DNA of 64,000 nucleotides from Rhodocyclaceae bacterium. Its GTDB lineage: Bacteria; Pseudomonadota; Gammaproteobacteria; Burkholderiales; Rhodocyclaceae. Both the position numbers and the translations under genes were made by a program. The notes below the pieces were generated by a model, which was given only the letters and a program-made list of their open reading frames with translations, did no database searches and was not told the DNA's origin. This document shows positions 12,289 through 25,051 of this stretch, piece after piece. Location of the stretch: the NCBI GenBank assembly GCA_046294935.1, contig JBKBOI010000001.1, forward strand, positions 4,633 to 68,632, read 5' to 3'. Numbering within the stretch: the stretch's first letter is position 1; every line of letters begins with the position of its first letter.

Positions 12289-13108
12289 AATCTCCTTCGA
12301 ATTCTTCCCGCCGCAAACAGCGGAAGGCCTGGAAAAACTGCGCGCCACTCGCGCCCAGCTCGCCGCGGTCTCGCCGGCCTTCTTTTCCGTCACCTATGGC
12401 GCCGGCGGCTCGACGCGCGAACGCACCTTCGACATCGTGCTGGAAATCGCCGCCGCGGGCCATGCCGTGGCCCCGCACCTTTCCTGCATCGGCTCGAGCC
12501 GCGAGAGCATACGCAAGATCCTGCATGACTATCGAAGTCACGGTATTACCCGCATCGTCGCGCTGCGTGGCGATCTACCCTCGGGCATGGCCGACGTGGG
12601 CGAATTCCGCTATGCCAACGAACTGGTCGAATTCATTCGCGCGCAGACCGGAAACTGGTTCCACATCGAGGTGGCCGCCTATCCGGAATGGCACCCGCAG
12701 GCGAAGAGTCCACGCGACGATCTCATGAACTTCAAGCGCAAGGTCGAGGCCGGCGCCAATTCGGCGATCACCCAGTTCTTCTACAACGCCGACGCCTTCG
12801 CCCATTTCGTCGCCGAGGCGCGCGCGCTGGGCATCACGATCCCGATCGTGCCCGGCATCATGCCGATCGGCAGCTTTTCCAGGCTGGCACGTTTCGCCGA
12901 CGGTAGTGGCGCCGAGATTCCGCGCTGGATGCGCAAGAAATTCGAAAGCTTCGGCGACGATGCCGACTCGATCCGCGCCTTCGGTCTTGACGTGGTGACC
13001 GAGCTCTGCCAGCGCCTGCTCGACCTGGGCGCGCCGGGGCTGCATTTCTACACGCTCAACCAGGCCACGCTGTCGCTGGAAATCCTGCGCCGGCTGGGTC
13101 TGGCCTGA
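12278..13108 (+). CDS. metF: 5,10-methylenetetrahydrofolate reductase
   Basis: ISFEFFPP, SVTYGAGGS, ALRGD, AITQFFY, GLHFYTLN motifs. Confidence 0.95.
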   Translation: MKPEISFEFFPPQTAEGLEKLRATRAQLAAVSPAFFSVTYGAGGSTRERTFDIVLEIAAAGHAVAPHLSCIGSSRESIRKILHDYRSHGITRIVALRGDLPSGMADVGEFRYANELVEFIRAQTGNWFHIEVAAYPEWHPQAKSPRDDLMNFKRKVEAGANSAITQFFYNADAFAHFVAEARALGITIPIVPGIMPIGSFSRLARFADGSGAEIPRWMRKKFESFGDDADSIRAFGLDVVTELCQRLLDLGAPGLHFYTLNQATLSLEILRRLGLA

Positions 13109-13223
13109 CGTTCATGCCGCGGGGCTGCGCCCCGTTGCAAGAAAAGCCCGCCTCCCTTCGCCTCGCGCCTTGCCCTGCGCCGCGATGAACGCACACGCAA
13201 CGCCCCAACTGCGGTTTCCAGGT

Positions 13224-14753
13224 TCAACGTCGCTTGCTGCCGCCGAGCAGGGAGCCGAGCACGCCACGCACCAGCTCACGCCCGACCTGGCTGGCGATGG
13301 TGCGCGTCACACTCTTCGCCGCCGCCTGCACCAGGCCGTCGGTCTGGCCGCCACGCGGGCCGGTACGACCAAACAGGATTTCGCTCAGGAAACTGCTGCC
13401 GTCGCCGCCCGACGCGGGCTGAGGTGCCGCCCCGCCAGCGCCGATTTTCGCCGCCGCCGTGCCGCCAGCCTCTGCTGCGCCGACGCGGGATTGCAGCATC
13501 TCATAAGCCGACTCGCGATCCACCATCTTTTCATAATGACCATGCAGGAGCGATGAACGGATCGCCTGCCGCCGCTCTTCGTCCGCAAGCGGGCCGATGC
13601 GCGAGGCGGGCGGCAAGATCCACGCACGCTCGACCATGCTCGGCGTGCCTTTCTCGTCGAGGAAGGAGACCAGCGCCTCACCGACCCCCAGTTCGGTAAT
13701 CGCCCGTTCGGCGCTGAATTTCGGGTTCTGGCGCAACGTCTGGGCTGCGGTCTGCACTGCCTTCTGGTCGCGCGGGGTGAAGGCTCTGAGCGCGTGCTGC
13801 ACACGGTTGCCGAGCTGACCGAGCACTTTGGCGGGAATGTCGAGCGGATTCTGCGTGACGAAATAGACGCCCACGCCCTTGGAGCGGATCAGCCGCACCA
13901 CCTGCTCGACCTTGTCGACGAGCGCCGGCGGCGCTTCGTCGAACAAAAGATGCGCCTCGTCGAAGAAGAAGACGAGCCTGGGCTTGTCGAGATCGCCGAC
14001 CTCCGGCAGCTGCTCGAACAGTTCCGCCAGCAGCCAGAGCAGGAAGGTGGCATAGACCTTCGGCGCATTCATCAGCCGATCGGCGGCGAGAATGTTGACC
14101 ACGCCGCGCCCGTCCTGCGTCTGCATCAGATCCAGGATGTCGAGCATCGGCTCGCCAAAGAACTTGTCGCCGCCTTGCGCTTCGAGGCCGAGCAGACCAC
14201 GCTGGATGGCGCCGATCGAGGCCGCCGAGATGTTGCCGTATTGCGTCTTGAATCGTGCCGCGTTGTCGCCGACGAACTGCACCATCGCGCGCAGATCCTT
14301 GAGATCGAGCAAGCCGAGGCCATTGTCGTCGGCGATGCGGAAGACGATCTGCAAGACCCCTTCCTGAGTTTCGTTCAGACCGAGCAGACGGGAGAGCAGC
14401 AACGGCCCCATGTCGGAAACGGTCGCCCGCACCGGATGGCCGGCTGCGCCGAACACATCCCAGAAACAGACCGGAAACGCCTGCGGCCGCCAATCGTCGA
14501 TGCCAAGCATCGCCAGACGCTTCTGCAATTTTTCGGAAAGCGTTCCCGCTGCTCCCAGACCCGACAGATCGCCTTTCACGTCGGCGAGAAAGACCGGCAC
14601 GCCGATCGCGGAAAAACGTTCGGTCATCACTTGCAGGGTAACCGTCTTGCCGGTGCCGGTGGCACCCGTGATCAGGCCATGACGGTTGGCGAGCGCGGGC
14701 AGGAGTTCGAGAACGGTCTGGCCGTGTCTCGCGATGTGCAGAGGCTGGATCAT
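13224..14753 (-). CDS. DUF853 / YjgR HerA-like ATPase
   Basis: [15 protein letters not shown] Walker [24 protein letters not shown] motifs. Confidence 0.9.
   Translation of the reverse strand: MIQPLHIARHGQTVLELLPALANRHGLITGATGTGKTVTLQVMTERFSAIGVPVFLADVKGDLSGLGAAGTLSEKLQKRLAMLGIDDWRPQAFPVCFWDVFGAAGHPVRATVSDMGPLLLSRLLGLNETQEGVLQIVFRIADDNGLGLLDLKDLRAMVQFVGDNAARFKTQYGNISAASIGAIQRGLLGLEAQGGDKFFGEPMLDILDLMQTQDGRGVVNILAADRLMNAPKVYATFLLWLLAELFEQLPEVGDLDKPRLVFFFDEAHLLFDEAPPALVDKVEQVVRLIRSKGVGVYFVTQNPLDIPAKVLGQLGNRVQHALRAFTPRDQKAVQTAAQTLRQNPKFSAERAITELGVGEALVSFLDEKGTPSMVERAWILPPASRIGPLADEERRQAIRSSLLHGHYEKMVDRESAYEMLQSRVGAAEAGGTAAAKIGAGGAAPQPASGGDGSSFLSEILFGRTGPRGGQTDGLVQAAAKSVTRTIASQVGRELVRGVLGSLLGGSKRR
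13424..13449 (+). repeat. 26-bp dispersed motif copy, intragenic in DUF853 C-terminal linker (KIGAGGAA on the - strand)
   Basis: GTGCCGCCCCGCCAGCGCCGATTTTC. Confidence 0.85.
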
Positions 14754-14821
14754 GACGGCGCTCCTATGACATGGTGTGTAGAATTCCCGCCATTTTACGC
14801 AGCGACAGAGAGGTAACCCAC

Positions 14822-15547
14822 ATGGCCGGACACTCCAAATGGGCCAACATCCAGCACCGCAAGGGCCGCCAGGACGAAAAGCGCGGCGCCGCCTTCTCGC
14901 GCGTCGCCAGGGAAATCACCGTCGCCGCCAAGCTGGGCGGCGGCGATCCATCTTTCAATCCGCGCCTGCGCCTGGCCATCGAGAAGGCCAAGAGCGTCAA
15001 CATGCCGAAGGACAAGATCGAGAACGCGATCAAGAAGGGTACCGGCGAACTCGAAGGCGTCGATTACACCGAAGTGCGCTACGAAGGCTATGGGCCGGGC
15101 GGCGTCGCCGTGATGGTCGACTGCATGACCGACAACAAGACGCGCACCGTGGCCGCCGTGCGCCATGCGTTTGCCAAACACGGCGGCAACATGGGCACGG
15201 ATGGCTGCGTGGCCTTCATGTTCAAGCACTGCGGCCAGCTGGTGTTCGCGCCGGGCACCGATGAGACGAGGCTGATGGAGGCCGCGATCGAGGCCGGCGC
15301 CGAGGACGTGCTGACCAACGACGACGGCTCGATCGAGGTGATCACTTCGCCCGGCGATTTCCTTGCCGTCAAGGAAGCGCTCGGAGCCGCAGGCTTTACG
15401 GCCGAATTCGCCGAGGTGACGATGAAGCCGATCAATGAAACCGAACTCACCGGCGAGGACGCCGTGAAGATGCGCAAGCTCCTCGATGCGCTCGAGGAGC
15501 TCGACGATGTGCAGGAGGTTTACACCACTGCCGTGATGGACGAGTGA
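14822..15547 (+). CDS. yebC: YebC/PmpR family protein
   Basis: [15 protein letters not shown] start, YEGYGPGG motif. Confidence 0.95.
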   Translation: MAGHSKWANIQHRKGRQDEKRGAAFSRVAREITVAAKLGGGDPSFNPRLRLAIEKAKSVNMPKDKIENAIKKGTGELEGVDYTEVRYEGYGPGGVAVMVDCMTDNKTRTVAAVRHAFAKHGGNMGTDGCVAFMFKHCGQLVFAPGTDETRLMEAAIEAGAEDVLTNDDGSIEVITSPGDFLAVKEALGAAGFTAEFAEVTMKPINETELTGEDAVKMRKLLDALEELDDVQEVYTTAVMDE

Positions 15548-15548
15548 G

Positions 15549-16082
15549 GTGGTCGCTCCACTACGCATCCTCGGCATCGACCCGGGCTTACGCATCACCG
15601 GGTTTGGCGTCATCGACAAGGCTGGCCAGAACCTCGCCTACGTCGCCAGCGGCTGTATCAAGAGCGTCGAAACCGATCCGCTTCCTTTGCGGCTCAAGGC
15701 GCTGCTCGATGGCCTCGGCGAGGTGATCGCGACCTACCGGCCCCTCGAGGCTGCAATCGAGAAAGTGTTCGTCAATGTCAATCCGCAATCGACGTTGCGG
15801 CTCGGCGAGGCGCGCGGCGCGGCGATCGCCGCCTTGGTGGCGGCCAACCTGCCAGTCGCCGAATACACCGCCTTGCAGATCAAGCAGGCCGTCGTGGGCC
15901 ACGGCAAGGCGGCGAAGGAACAGGTCGGTCACATGGTGACCCGGCTACTCGCGCTGCCCGGCGAACCGTCACGCGACGCCGCCGATGCGCTCGCCTGCGC
16001 GATCTGCCATGCCCACGGCGGCCTAGGGCTGGGTAACATCGCTACGCGCGGTTTTCGTGTCAGGAAGGGGCGACTCGTATGA
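15549..16082 (+). CDS. ruvC: Crossover junction endodeoxyribonuclease RuvC
   Basis: ILGIDPG, DAADALA motifs. Confidence 0.95.
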   Translation: MVAPLRILGIDPGLRITGFGVIDKAGQNLAYVASGCIKSVETDPLPLRLKALLDGLGEVIATYRPLEAAIEKVFVNVNPQSTLRLGEARGAAIAALVAANLPVAEYTALQIKQAVVGHGKAAKEQVGHMVTRLLALPGEPSRDAADALACAICHAHGGLGLGNIATRGFRVRKGRLV

Positions 16083-16678
16083 TCGGCAGAATCGCCGGCA
16101 CGCTGCTGGAAAAGAATCCGCCGCAGATCGTCGTCGATGTCGGCGGCATCGGCTACGAGCTCGACGTGCCGATGAGTACCTTCTACAACCTGCCAAACCA
16201 GGGTGAGAAAGTCGCGCTCGTCACCCACCTCGTCGTGCGCGAGGATGCCCACCTGCTGTTCGGCTTCCTCACCGAGGCCGAGCGCGCGACCTTCCGGCAA
16301 CTGATGAAGATCTCCGGCATCGGCGCGCGCATCGCGTTGGCGGTGCTCTCCGGCCTGTCGGTCGAAGAGCTCGCCCAGGCGGTGGCGCGGCAGGAGACCG
16401 GCCGCATCGTGAGGATTCCCGGCATCGGCAAGAAAACCGCCGAACGGCTGCTGCTCGAACTCAAGGGCAAGCTGCCGGCGATCGGCGGTGGCGCGAAAAT
16501 CGGCGCTGGCGAGGCGGCACCCATCGTCTGCCACGACGCGGCAAGCGACATCTTGAACGCGCTGATCGCGCTGGGTTACAACGAACGCGAGGCAGCGGGC
16601 GCGATGAAGAATCTTCCCGCCGACATCGGCGTCGCCGAAGGCATTCGCGCCGCGTTGAAGTTGCTCGCCAAAGGGTGA
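16079..16678 (+). CDS. ruvA: Holliday junction branch migration protein RuvA
   Basis: MIGRIAG start, [22 protein letters not shown] motifs. Confidence 0.96.
   Translation: MIGRIAGTLLEKNPPQIVVDVGGIGYELDVPMSTFYNLPNQGEKVALVTHLVVREDAHLLFGFLTEAERATFRQLMKISGIGARIALAVLSGLSVEELAQAVARQETGRIVRIPGIGKKTAERLLLELKGKLPAIGGGAKIGAGEAAPIVCHDAASDILNALIALGYNEREAAGAMKNLPADIGVAEGIRAALKLLAKG
16495..16520 (-). repeat. 26-bp dispersed motif copy, intragenic in the RuvA inter-domain linker (KIGAGEAA)
   Basis: Reverse complement reads GTGCCGCCTCGCCAGCGCCGATTTTC. Confidence 0.85.
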
Positions 16679-16703
16679 TCCACGCGGGGAGTAGAATCGG
16701 CGC

Positions 16704-17761
16704 ATGACTGAAAGCACCCGCGCCCATGCCCGGATCGCCTTGACCGCATCGATCATCGTCGGCGCGCTTTGGGTGCTGGCGCCGTTTCTTGCCGCGCTCT
16801 CGTTCGCCGCGATCCTGTGCCTGACCACCTGGCCGATGTTTACCTGGTTCGAACGCCGGCTCAAGGGTCGCACCACGCTGGCGGCGCTGCTGGCCACCAC
16901 GCTCCTCGCCGCCGCCGTGTTGTTGCCGATGTCCTATCTCGCCGCGACCATCGCCGACGCGGTCCAGCAGTTGATCGGCGTCTTGCGGCCATGGTTCGAA
17001 GCCGGCGAATACGCACCGCCTTCCTGGCTTTCCCGCCTGCCGCTGGTCGGCGAACCGCTCGATGGCTACTGGCGCAAACTTGCCGCCAGCCAGTCGGAGC
17101 TCGCCCAGCTCGGCAAGCAGTTGTTCGAGCCGACGCGCAAATTCCTCACCGCAGCAGCGACCTTGATCGGCCAGGGCCTGCTCGAACTGACACTGGTCGT
17201 GTTGATCGCCTTCTTCTTCTACCGCGACGGCCATGCGCTCGGCAGCCGCCTTTCCCAATTCGCTCACAAGATCGGTGGCGATCTCGGCACGCGCATGTTG
17301 CAGCTCGCGCGCACCACGATCATGGGAGTGATGGTCGGCATCATCGGCACCGCGGCTGCCCAGGCGCTGGTGGCCTTGATCGGTTTCCTCATCGCCGGCG
17401 TGCCGGCGGCACTGCTGCTCGCTGCGGCGACTTTCTTCCTGTCGATGATTCCGGTCGGCCCGCCGTTGATCTGGGGTGGCGCGGCCTGGTGGCTCTATGA
17501 CCAGAATGAAACCGGCTGGGCGATCTTCATGATCATCTGGGGCCTGGCCGTGATCAGTAGCGTCGACAACTTCATCAAGCCGATCCTGATCAGCCGCACC
17601 GCCAGCCTGCCGATCTTGCTCGTCGCGCTCGGCGTGTTCGGCGGCGTGATGAGTTTCGGTTTCGTCGGCATCTTCCTCGGCCCGGTGATCCTGGCGCTTG
17701 CCGTGATGCTCTTGGAAAGCTGGCTGGCGCCGACAACGCAGACACCGGCAACGCAGACGCC

Positions 17762-17765
<4 letters not shown>
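16704..17765 (+). CDS. AI-2E family transporter
   Basis: Multi-TM; [10 protein letters not shown] and [18 protein letters not shown] motifs. Confidence 0.85.
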
Positions 17766-18807
<1,042 letters not shown>

Positions 18808-18811
<4 letters not shown>

Positions 18812-19215
18812 TCGGCCATCTGTCCGTGCGTGTCTATTACGAAGACACCGACGCCGGCGGCGTGGTGTATTACGCCAACTACCTCAAGTATCTCGAACGC
18901 GGCCGCACCGAATTCATCCGCGCGCTGGGCATCGCGCAGCGCGCCCTGGCACGGGAAGAGGGGATCGCCTTCGCGGTGCGCTCGCTGACGGTCGAATACC
19001 TCAAGCCCGCCGTGCTCGACGATGAGCTGGACGTCACCACGGCAGTCGAAACGCTGGGCCGCGCCCAGGTCGGCTTTGCGCAGACGATCCGGCGTGGCGA
19101 AGAAACCCTGCTCACCGCGAAGGTGCGCGTCGCCTGCCTCGATCTCGCCAAGGGGCGCGCCATTGCGCTGCCTGCAGCACTGCATGAATGCATCAGACGG
19201 ACGCAGACATCATGA
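18808..19215 (+). CDS. ybgC: Tol-Pal-associated acyl-CoA thioesterase
   Basis: [20 protein letters not shown] motif; operon position. Confidence 0.92.
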
Positions 19216-19889
19216 ACGTCACCCAGGATCTCGCCATCGTCGAATTGATCACCCACGCCAGTCTGATCGTCAAGCTGGTGATGGCAGTGCTCGTCTATGT
19301 TTCCGTCATGTCCTGGTACTGGATCTTCAGGAAGTGGTTCCAGCTGCGCGATGCGCGCAAGAAGACCGACGCCTTCGAGCGCGATTTCTGGAGCGGCGGT
19401 GACTTGAACACCCTCTATCAGGACGCGATCGCCAATGCGCAGCACAGCGGTGCGATGGAGCGCATCTTCGCTGCCGGCTTGCGCGAATTCACCAAGCTGC
19501 GCGGGCAGAGGAATCTCGATGCCGCCAGCGTCATCGACGGCGTGCGCCGCGCGATGCGCGCCACCTATCAACGCGAGGTCGACGACCTCGAAGCGCATCT
19601 GGCCTTCCTCGCTTCGGCCGGCTCGGTCAGTCCTTACGTCGGCCTGTTCGGCACGGTGTGGGGCATCATGCATTCGTTCAGGGGACTTTCCAGCATGCAG
19701 ACGGCCACCCTCGCCGCCGTCGCCCCCGGCATCGCCGAGGCGCTGGTGGCCACCGCGATCGGCCTGTTCGCCGCGATTCCCGCCGTGGTCGCCTACAACC
19801 GCTTCGCGCACGACACCGACCGCCTCGCGGTGCGCTTCGAGAGTTTCATCGAAGAGTTCTCGAACATCCTGCAAAGGCAGATGAAATGA
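19212..19889 (+). CDS. tolQ: TolQ
   Basis: SPYVGLFGTVWGIM and APGIAEALVATA motifs. Confidence 0.95.
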   Translation: MNVTQDLAIVELITHASLIVKLVMAVLVYVSVMSWYWIFRKWFQLRDARKKTDAFERDFWSGGDLNTLYQDAIANAQHSGAMERIFAAGLREFTKLRGQRNLDAASVIDGVRRAMRATYQREVDDLEAHLAFLASAGSVSPYVGLFGTVWGIMHSFRGLSSMQTATLAAVAPGIAEALVATAIGLFAAIPAVVAYNRFAHDTDRLAVRFESFIEEFSNILQRQMK

Positions 19890-20299
19890 TGCGGCAAAGA
19901 CGGCTCAAACACGAGATCAACGTCGTGCCCTACATCGACGTGATGCTGGTGCTCTTGATCATCTTCATGGTCACCGCGCCGATGATCCAGCCGGCGGCGA
20001 TCGAACTGCCAAACGTTGGCAAGGCCGCGGCGCCGCCGGTCGAGCCACTGGAAATCATCGTCAAGGCCGATGGCGCGATGGAAATGCGCGACAAGGCGCT
20101 GGGCGGCGCATTGGTCGGCGTCGGCCGCATGGAGCTGGCGCAGCGCATCAAGGAAGCGCAGGAAAGACATCCCGATCAGCCCGTGCTGATCGCCGGCGAC
20201 AAGAATGTCCGCTACCAGGCCGTGCTCGACGTGATGGACGAGCTGCAACGCGCCAACGTGGCGAAGATCGGCCTGCTCGTGCAGCGAAAGGGGAAATAG
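19886..20299 (+). CDS. tolR: TolR
   Basis: EINVVPYIDVMLVLLIIFMVTAP motif. Confidence 0.93.
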   Translation: MMRQRRLKHEINVVPYIDVMLVLLIIFMVTAPMIQPAAIELPNVGKAAAPPVEPLEIIVKADGAMEMRDKALGGALVGVGRMELAQRIKEAQERHPDQPVLIAGDKNVRYQAVLDVMDELQRANVAKIGLLVQRKGK

Positions 20300-20303
20300 C
20301 GGG

Positions 20304-21086
20304 ATGGTCGAACCGCCCGTCAAGCCGCGTCCCGCGCCCGGAAAACGCATTTCCTTCCTGCTCGCGGTGCTGATCCATCTGGTGCTCGCCTTGCTGATCG
20401 TCTATGGCATCCACTGGCAGACGAAAAAATCCGACGTAATCGCGGTCGATCTGGTGCGTGCCGATTTGCCAGCGCCGACCGCCGTGCCCGAGCCCAAATC
20501 CGAACCCAAACCCGAAGCGAAGCCGGAACCCAAGCCACAGCCGAAGCCGGAACCCAAGCCACAGCCGAAGCCGGAACCCAAGCCCGCGCCGGTGAGGCCA
20601 TCGGTAAAACCGGACATCGCCCAGAAGGAAAAGCCCAAGCCGCCGATGCCTGAACCCAAATCCGAGCCGCCCAAGGATCCGTTCAAGGAACAATTGGAGC
20701 GCGAACTGAAGGAAGCCGAGAAGCGCAAGGCCGCCGAGGTCGCCGCGCAAGAAGCCGCCAAGGAGCTCGCAGCGCTCGAGGCCCAGCAAGCGAGCCAGGC
20801 ACGGTCGAACGCGATGGCCGACTACATCGCCCGCATCCGCGGCAAGGTGCGCGGCAACATCGTGCTGCCGGCCGACGTGAAAGGCAATCCCGAGGCGGTC
20901 TTCGAGGTCACCCAACTGCCCAGCGGTGAGGTGCTCGACGTGCGGCTGAAGAAATCCTCCGGCAATTCGGCCTGGGATGCGGCCACCGAGCGCGCGATCC
21001 GCAAATCCAGCCCACTGCCCACGCCAGCCCAGAAGGAGCTTTTCAGCCGCACGCTGGAGCTGCGCTTCAGGCCGTTGGAAGAATGA
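20304..21086 (+). CDS. tolA: TolA / TonB-like energy transducer
   Basis: N-terminal TM with His, Pro/Lys/Glu-rich repeats, C-terminal SSGNSAWDAATERAI domain; between tolR and tolB. Confidence 0.85.
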   Translation: MVEPPVKPRPAPGKRISFLLAVLIHLVLALLIVYGIHWQTKKSDVIAVDLVRADLPAPTAVPEPKSEPKPEAKPEPKPQPKPEPKPQPKPEPKPAPVRPSVKPDIAQKEKPKPPMPEPKSEPPKDPFKEQLERELKEAEKRKAAEVAAQEAAKELAALEAQQASQARSNAMADYIARIRGKVRGNIVLPADVKGNPEAVFEVTQLPSGEVLDVRLKKSSGNSAWDAATERAIRKSSPLPTPAQKELFSRTLELRFRPLEE

Positions 21087-21117
21087 CCCTCTGCGCCGCG
21101 CGTATAATCATGAGCCT

Positions 21118-22395
21118 ATGAAACAGCTCATTTCCCGACTGGTGGCTGGCGCGCTGCTCGCCGGCGCCACGCTGCTGGCCCAAGCGCAGCTTTCCATCGA
21201 GATCACCGGGGTGGGCGCGCAACGCCTGCCGATCGCGATTGCCGATTTCGCTGGCGAACGCGTTCCGGCCGCGGCTTTGACTTCGGTGATTCGCGCCGAT
21301 CTCGAAAGAAGCGGCCGTTTCCAGCTCGTCAATGCCGCCAGCCCGCTCCTCGACGAAAACACCTCACCTGATTTTCTGGACTGGAAGAATCGCGGCGCCG
21401 ATGCGCTCGCCGCCGGCAGCATGACGGCCTCGGCCGATGGCCGATATGAGACGCGCTTCCGCCTCTATGACGTGCAAAAGCAGGCCGCGATCGGCGGACT
21501 GGCGTTGACGCACACTTCGGCCCAGATCCGCGCCACCGCCCACCGCATCGCCGACACGATCTACGAGAAGCTCACCGGCGAGCGCGGCATCTTCTCCACA
21601 CGCATCGCCTATGTGGTGAAGAGCGCCGGCCGTTACGAGCTACGGATCGCCGATGCCGACGGCAACAACCCGCAGCCGGCGCTCGCCTCGCGCGAGCCGA
21701 TCATCTCGCCGGCCTGGTCGCCGGATGGCAGCAGGCTCGCCTACGTCTCCTTCGAGCAGAAAAAACCGGTCATCTACGTGCATGATCTGGCCACCGGCAA
21801 GCGTCACGTCGCCGCGAACTTCAAAGGCTCCAATTCGGCGCCCGCCTGGTCGCCGGATGGCAGGAAGCTCGCCATCGTGCTGACCAAGGATGGCAACTCG
21901 CAGCTCTATCTCGTCAATGCCGATGGCAGCGGCGTCACGCGGCTGTCGACTTCGTCCGGCATCGACACCGAGCCACAGTTCTCGCCCGATGGCGAATTCA
22001 TCTACTTCACCTCCGATCGCGGTGGCAGCCCGCAGATCTATCGCCAACCGCTCGCCGGCGGTGCGGCGCAACGCATCACCTTCGATGGAAGCTACAACGT
22101 CACGCCGCGCATCTCGCCCGACGGCAAGACGCTGGCCTTCATCACGCGCCACGAGGGCCGCTTCCGCGTCGCGGTGATGGATCTCGCCAGCCGGCAGGTG
22201 CAGGTGCTCACCGACACCGCGAAGGACGAATCACCGAGCTTCGCTCCCAATGGCCGCATGATCCTGTTCGCCACCGAAGTGGCGGGACGCGGCGTGCTCG
22301 CCGCGGTCTCGGTCGACGGCCGCGTTAAACAACGCCTCTCGATACAGGCCGCGGATATCCGCGAACCCGCCTGGGGCCCGTTCATCAACAAGTAG
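21118..22395 (+). CDS. tolB: Tol-Pal beta-propeller protein TolB
   Basis: Signal peptide, repeated SPAWSPDG (PD40) motifs. Confidence 0.95.
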   Translation: MKQLISRLVAGALLAGATLLAQAQLSIEITGVGAQRLPIAIADFAGERVPAAALTSVIRADLERSGRFQLVNAASPLLDENTSPDFLDWKNRGADALAAGSMTASADGRYETRFRLYDVQKQAAIGGLALTHTSAQIRATAHRIADTIYEKLTGERGIFSTRIAYVVKSAGRYELRIADADGNNPQPALASREPIISPAWSPDGSRLAYVSFEQKKPVIYVHDLATGKRHVAANFKGSNSAPAWSPDGRKLAIVLTKDGNSQLYLVNADGSGVTRLSTSSGIDTEPQFSPDGEFIYFTSDRGGSPQIYRQPLAGGAAQRITFDGSYNVTPRISPDGKTLAFITRHEGRFRVAVMDLASRQVQVLTDTAKDESPSFAPNGRMILFATEVAGRGVLAAVSVDGRVKQRLSIQAADIREPAWGPFINK

Positions 22396-22414
22396 CTTTC
22401 ATAAGGAAACCACC

Positions 22415-22957
22415 ATGCGCACCTCATCGTTTGCTGCCCCCCTCTTCATTCTGGCCTTGCTCGCCGGCTGTGGCAGCCAGCCGCCCGCCCCGGAACAGGA
22501 AGGCGCTGGCGTCGAAAGCCGCACGCCGAGCGCCGTCACGACGCCGGATGTGGCGCCGGTGACGGCTGCCAAGCCGGACGCCTATGACCTCGCCGCGCTG
22601 AAAGATCCCAGGAGCCCATTGTCCAAGCGCAGCATCTATTTCGACTTCGACAGCTACATCGTCAAGGAAGAGTATCAGACGCTGCTCGGTCATCATGCGC
22701 GGTTCCTGATCAAGAACCCGCAGATGAAGATGCTGATCCAGGGCAACGCCGACGAGCGCGGCAGCCGCGAATACAACCTGGCGCTCGGCCAAAAGCGCGC
22801 CGAGGCGATCAAGAAGGCGCTGATGCTACTCGGCGTCAAGGAGGCACAGCTCGAATCGGTCAGCCTCGGCGAGGAAAAACCGGTCTGCGCCGAAGCCAGC
22901 GAATCCTGCTGGGCGCAGAATCGTCGCGGCGACATGCTTTATTCCGGCGAGTTCTGA
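22415..22957 (+). CDS. pal: Peptidoglycan-associated lipoprotein
   Basis: LAGC lipobox, IYFDFDS, DERGSREYNLALGQKRA motifs. Confidence 0.95.
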   Translation: MRTSSFAAPLFILALLAGCGSQPPAPEQEGAGVESRTPSAVTTPDVAPVTAAKPDAYDLAALKDPRSPLSKRSIYFDFDSYIVKEEYQTLLGHHARFLIKNPQMKMLIQGNADERGSREYNLALGQKRAEAIKKALMLLGVKEAQLESVSLGEEKPVCAEASESCWAQNRRGDMLYSGEF

Positions 22958-22960
22958 ACG

Positions 22961-23740
22961 ATGAAGCGCGCAGCCTGGCTGTTCTGTCTCGCGCTCACGC
23001 TGCCGCCACCGGCAGCAGGAGGGATGTTCGACGACGACGAGGCGCGCCGCCAGATCCGCGAGCTGCGCGCCGAGACGATGCAATCGCTCGACTCCTTGCG
23101 TCAGCGCGTCGAAGCGCTGGCGAAGAACCAGCTCGATTTCGCCAATCAGATCGAGGCCCTGCGCGCCGACGTCGCGCGTCTCACCGGCCAGGTCGAGGTG
23201 CTGACCAACAGCCTCGAGGCCGCCCACAAGCGCCAGCAGGATTTTTATGTCGATCTCGATGCCCGCCTGCGCAAGCTCGAAAGCGCCGCCGCTTCCGCTG
23301 CAGCGTCGCCGCAGGAAGCATCGGCCGTGGCAGCCGCGCCCAAAGCCGATTTGCAGGCCGAGATGCGCGACTACGAGGCAGCCTTGACCCTGTTCCGTGG
23401 CAGCAAATACAAGGAAGCGCAAACGGCATTCGAAGGCTTCATCGCGGCCTATCCGAAATCCTCGCTGTTGCCGAATGCCACCTACTGGCTCGGCTCCAGC
23501 CTTTATCAGCAGCGGCAGTTCGACAAGGCGGCCGAGCTCTATGGCAAGGTAGCCGCTTCCTGGCCGGACGATCCAAAAGCGCCGGATGCGCTGCTTGCGC
23601 GCGCGAATGCCCAGGTCGAGGCCAAAGACGTCAAGGGCGCGATCCAGACGCTAGAGCACCTGATCCAGAAATATCCGACGAGCCCCGCCGCCGAGAACGG
23701 ACGCACGCGCCTGAAGACCCTCGCGCCAAAGAAACGGTGA
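22961..23740 (+). CDS. ybgF: Tol-Pal protein YbgF/CpoB
   Basis: Coiled coil followed by TPR repeats (YWLG, KAPDALL); follows pal. Confidence 0.9.
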   Translation: MKRAAWLFCLALTLPPPAAGGMFDDDEARRQIRELRAETMQSLDSLRQRVEALAKNQLDFANQIEALRADVARLTGQVEVLTNSLEAAHKRQQDFYVDLDARLRKLESAAASAAASPQEASAVAAAPKADLQAEMRDYEAALTLFRGSKYKEAQTAFEGFIAAYPKSSLLPNATYWLGSSLYQQRQFDKAAELYGKVAASWPDDPKAPDALLARANAQVEAKDVKGAIQTLEHLIQKYPTSPAAENGRTRLKTLAPKKR

Positions 23741-24384
23741 GCGCCCCCATCCTGCGCGTCAGCGAGATTTTCCATTCCCTGCAAGGCGAATCGACACGCG
23801 TGGGTCTGCCCACCGTGTTCGTCCGCCTGACGGGCTGCCCGCTGCGCTGCCGCTGGTGTGATACGACCTATGCGTTTTCCGGTGGGCAGACGCTTTCGCT
23901 CGACGCCATCCTCGCACGCGTCGCGGCCTTCGACTGCAAGACCGTCTGCGTCACCGGCGGCGAGCCGCTCGCCCAGGCGGCGTGTCCCGCTTTGCTCACG
24001 GCCTTGTGCGATGCCGGTTATTCGGTCTCGCTGGAAACCTCGGGCGCGCTCGACATCTCGGTGGTCGATGCACGCGTCTTTCGCATCGTCGATGTCAAGG
24101 CGCCGGGATCGGGCGAAGCGGAGAAGAATCGCTGGGAGAATCTCGCCTACCTGCAGCCGACCGACGAGCTGAAATTCGTCCTTGCCTCACGCGCCGATTA
24201 CGACTGGGCAAAGTCGGCGCTGGCAGAACGGCACCTGGCCGAAATTTGCCCGGTGCTGTTCTCGCCGGTGGCCGATCGGCTGGCGCCGGCCGAACTGGCC
24301 GAATGGATCCTCGCCGACCGGCTGCCCGTGCGTTTCCAACTCCAATTGCACAAGATGCTCTGGGGAAGCGAGCGTGGGCGATAA
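23737..24384 (+). CDS. queE: 7-carboxy-7-deazaguanine synthase
   Basis: EIFHSLQGE, radical SAM CxxxCxxC (CPLRCRWC), QLQLHK motifs. Confidence 0.93.
   Translation: MSAPILRVSEIFHSLQGESTRVGLPTVFVRLTGCPLRCRWCDTTYAFSGGQTLSLDAILARVAAFDCKTVCVTGGEPLAQAACPALLTALCDAGYSVSLETSGALDISVVDARVFRIVDVKAPGSGEAEKNRWENLAYLQPTDELKFVLASRADYDWAKSALAERHLAEICPVLFSPVADRLAPAELAEWILADRLPVRFQLQLHKMLWGSERGR
24209..24234 (-). repeat. 26-bp dispersed motif copy, intragenic in queE (KSALAERH)
   Basis: Reverse complement reads GTGCCGTTCTGCCAGCGCCGACTTTG. Confidence 0.8.
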
Positions 24385-25051
24385 ACAAGCCGTCGTCTTG
24401 CTTTCCGGCGGCCTCGATTCCGCGACCTGTCTCGCCATCGCGAGAAGCGAAGGCTACGCCTGTCACTGTCTCTCGGTCGATTATGGCCAACGTCATGCCG
24501 CCGAGCTCGACGCGGCGCAGCGCATCGCCGCCGCGCTCGGCGCGAGCGAGCATCGCGTCGTGCATCTCGACATCGGCCAATTCGGTGGTTCGGCGCTCAC
24601 CGACCCATCGATCGCGGTGCCGACCGAAGGGGTCGAGCCGGGCATTCCGGTCACCTATGTGCCGGCGCGCAACACCATCATGCTTTCACTCGCGCTCGGC
24701 TGGGCCGAAATCCTCGGCGCGCAGGACATCTTCGTCGGCGTGAATGCAGTGGACTACTCCGGCTATCCGGATTGCCGCGCAGCATTCATCGCAGCCTTCG
24801 AGCGCATGGCCAATCTCGCCACCAAGGCGGCCGTCGAAGGTCGCCCGGTCAGAATCCACGCCCCGTTGATCGAGCTGTCGAAAGCCGAGATCATTCGGCG
24901 TGGCATGGCGCTCGGCGTCGATTACGCGATGACGGTGTCTTGCTATCAGGCCGACGCGGCGGGCCGTGCCTGTGGCGTCTGCGATGCCTGCCGCCTGCGA
25001 CGGGCGGGCTTCGCCGCCGCCGGACTGACCGATCCTACAAAATATCGGTAA
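24374..25051 (+). CDS. queC: 7-cyano-7-deazaguanine synthase
   Basis: [27 protein letters not shown] motifs; GTG start inferred. Confidence 0.93.
   Translation: MGDKQAVVLLSGGLDSATCLAIARSEGYACHCLSVDYGQRHAAELDAAQRIAAALGASEHRVVHLDIGQFGGSALTDPSIAVPTEGVEPGIPVTYVPARNTIMLSLALGWAEILGAQDIFVGVNAVDYSGYPDCRAAFIAAFERMANLATKAAVEGRPVRIHAPLIELSKAEIIRRGMALGVDYAMTVSCYQADAAGRACGVCDACRLRRAGFAAAGLTDPTKYR

Noticed and set aside
13224-14753. HerA-like ATPase as an anti-phage system
   Set aside because: Stand-alone DUF853/YjgR type with no adjacent nuclease or SIR2 partner
20519-20585. 24-bp tandem repeats
   Set aside because: Ordinary PEPKPQPK linker repeats of TolA/TonB-type proteins
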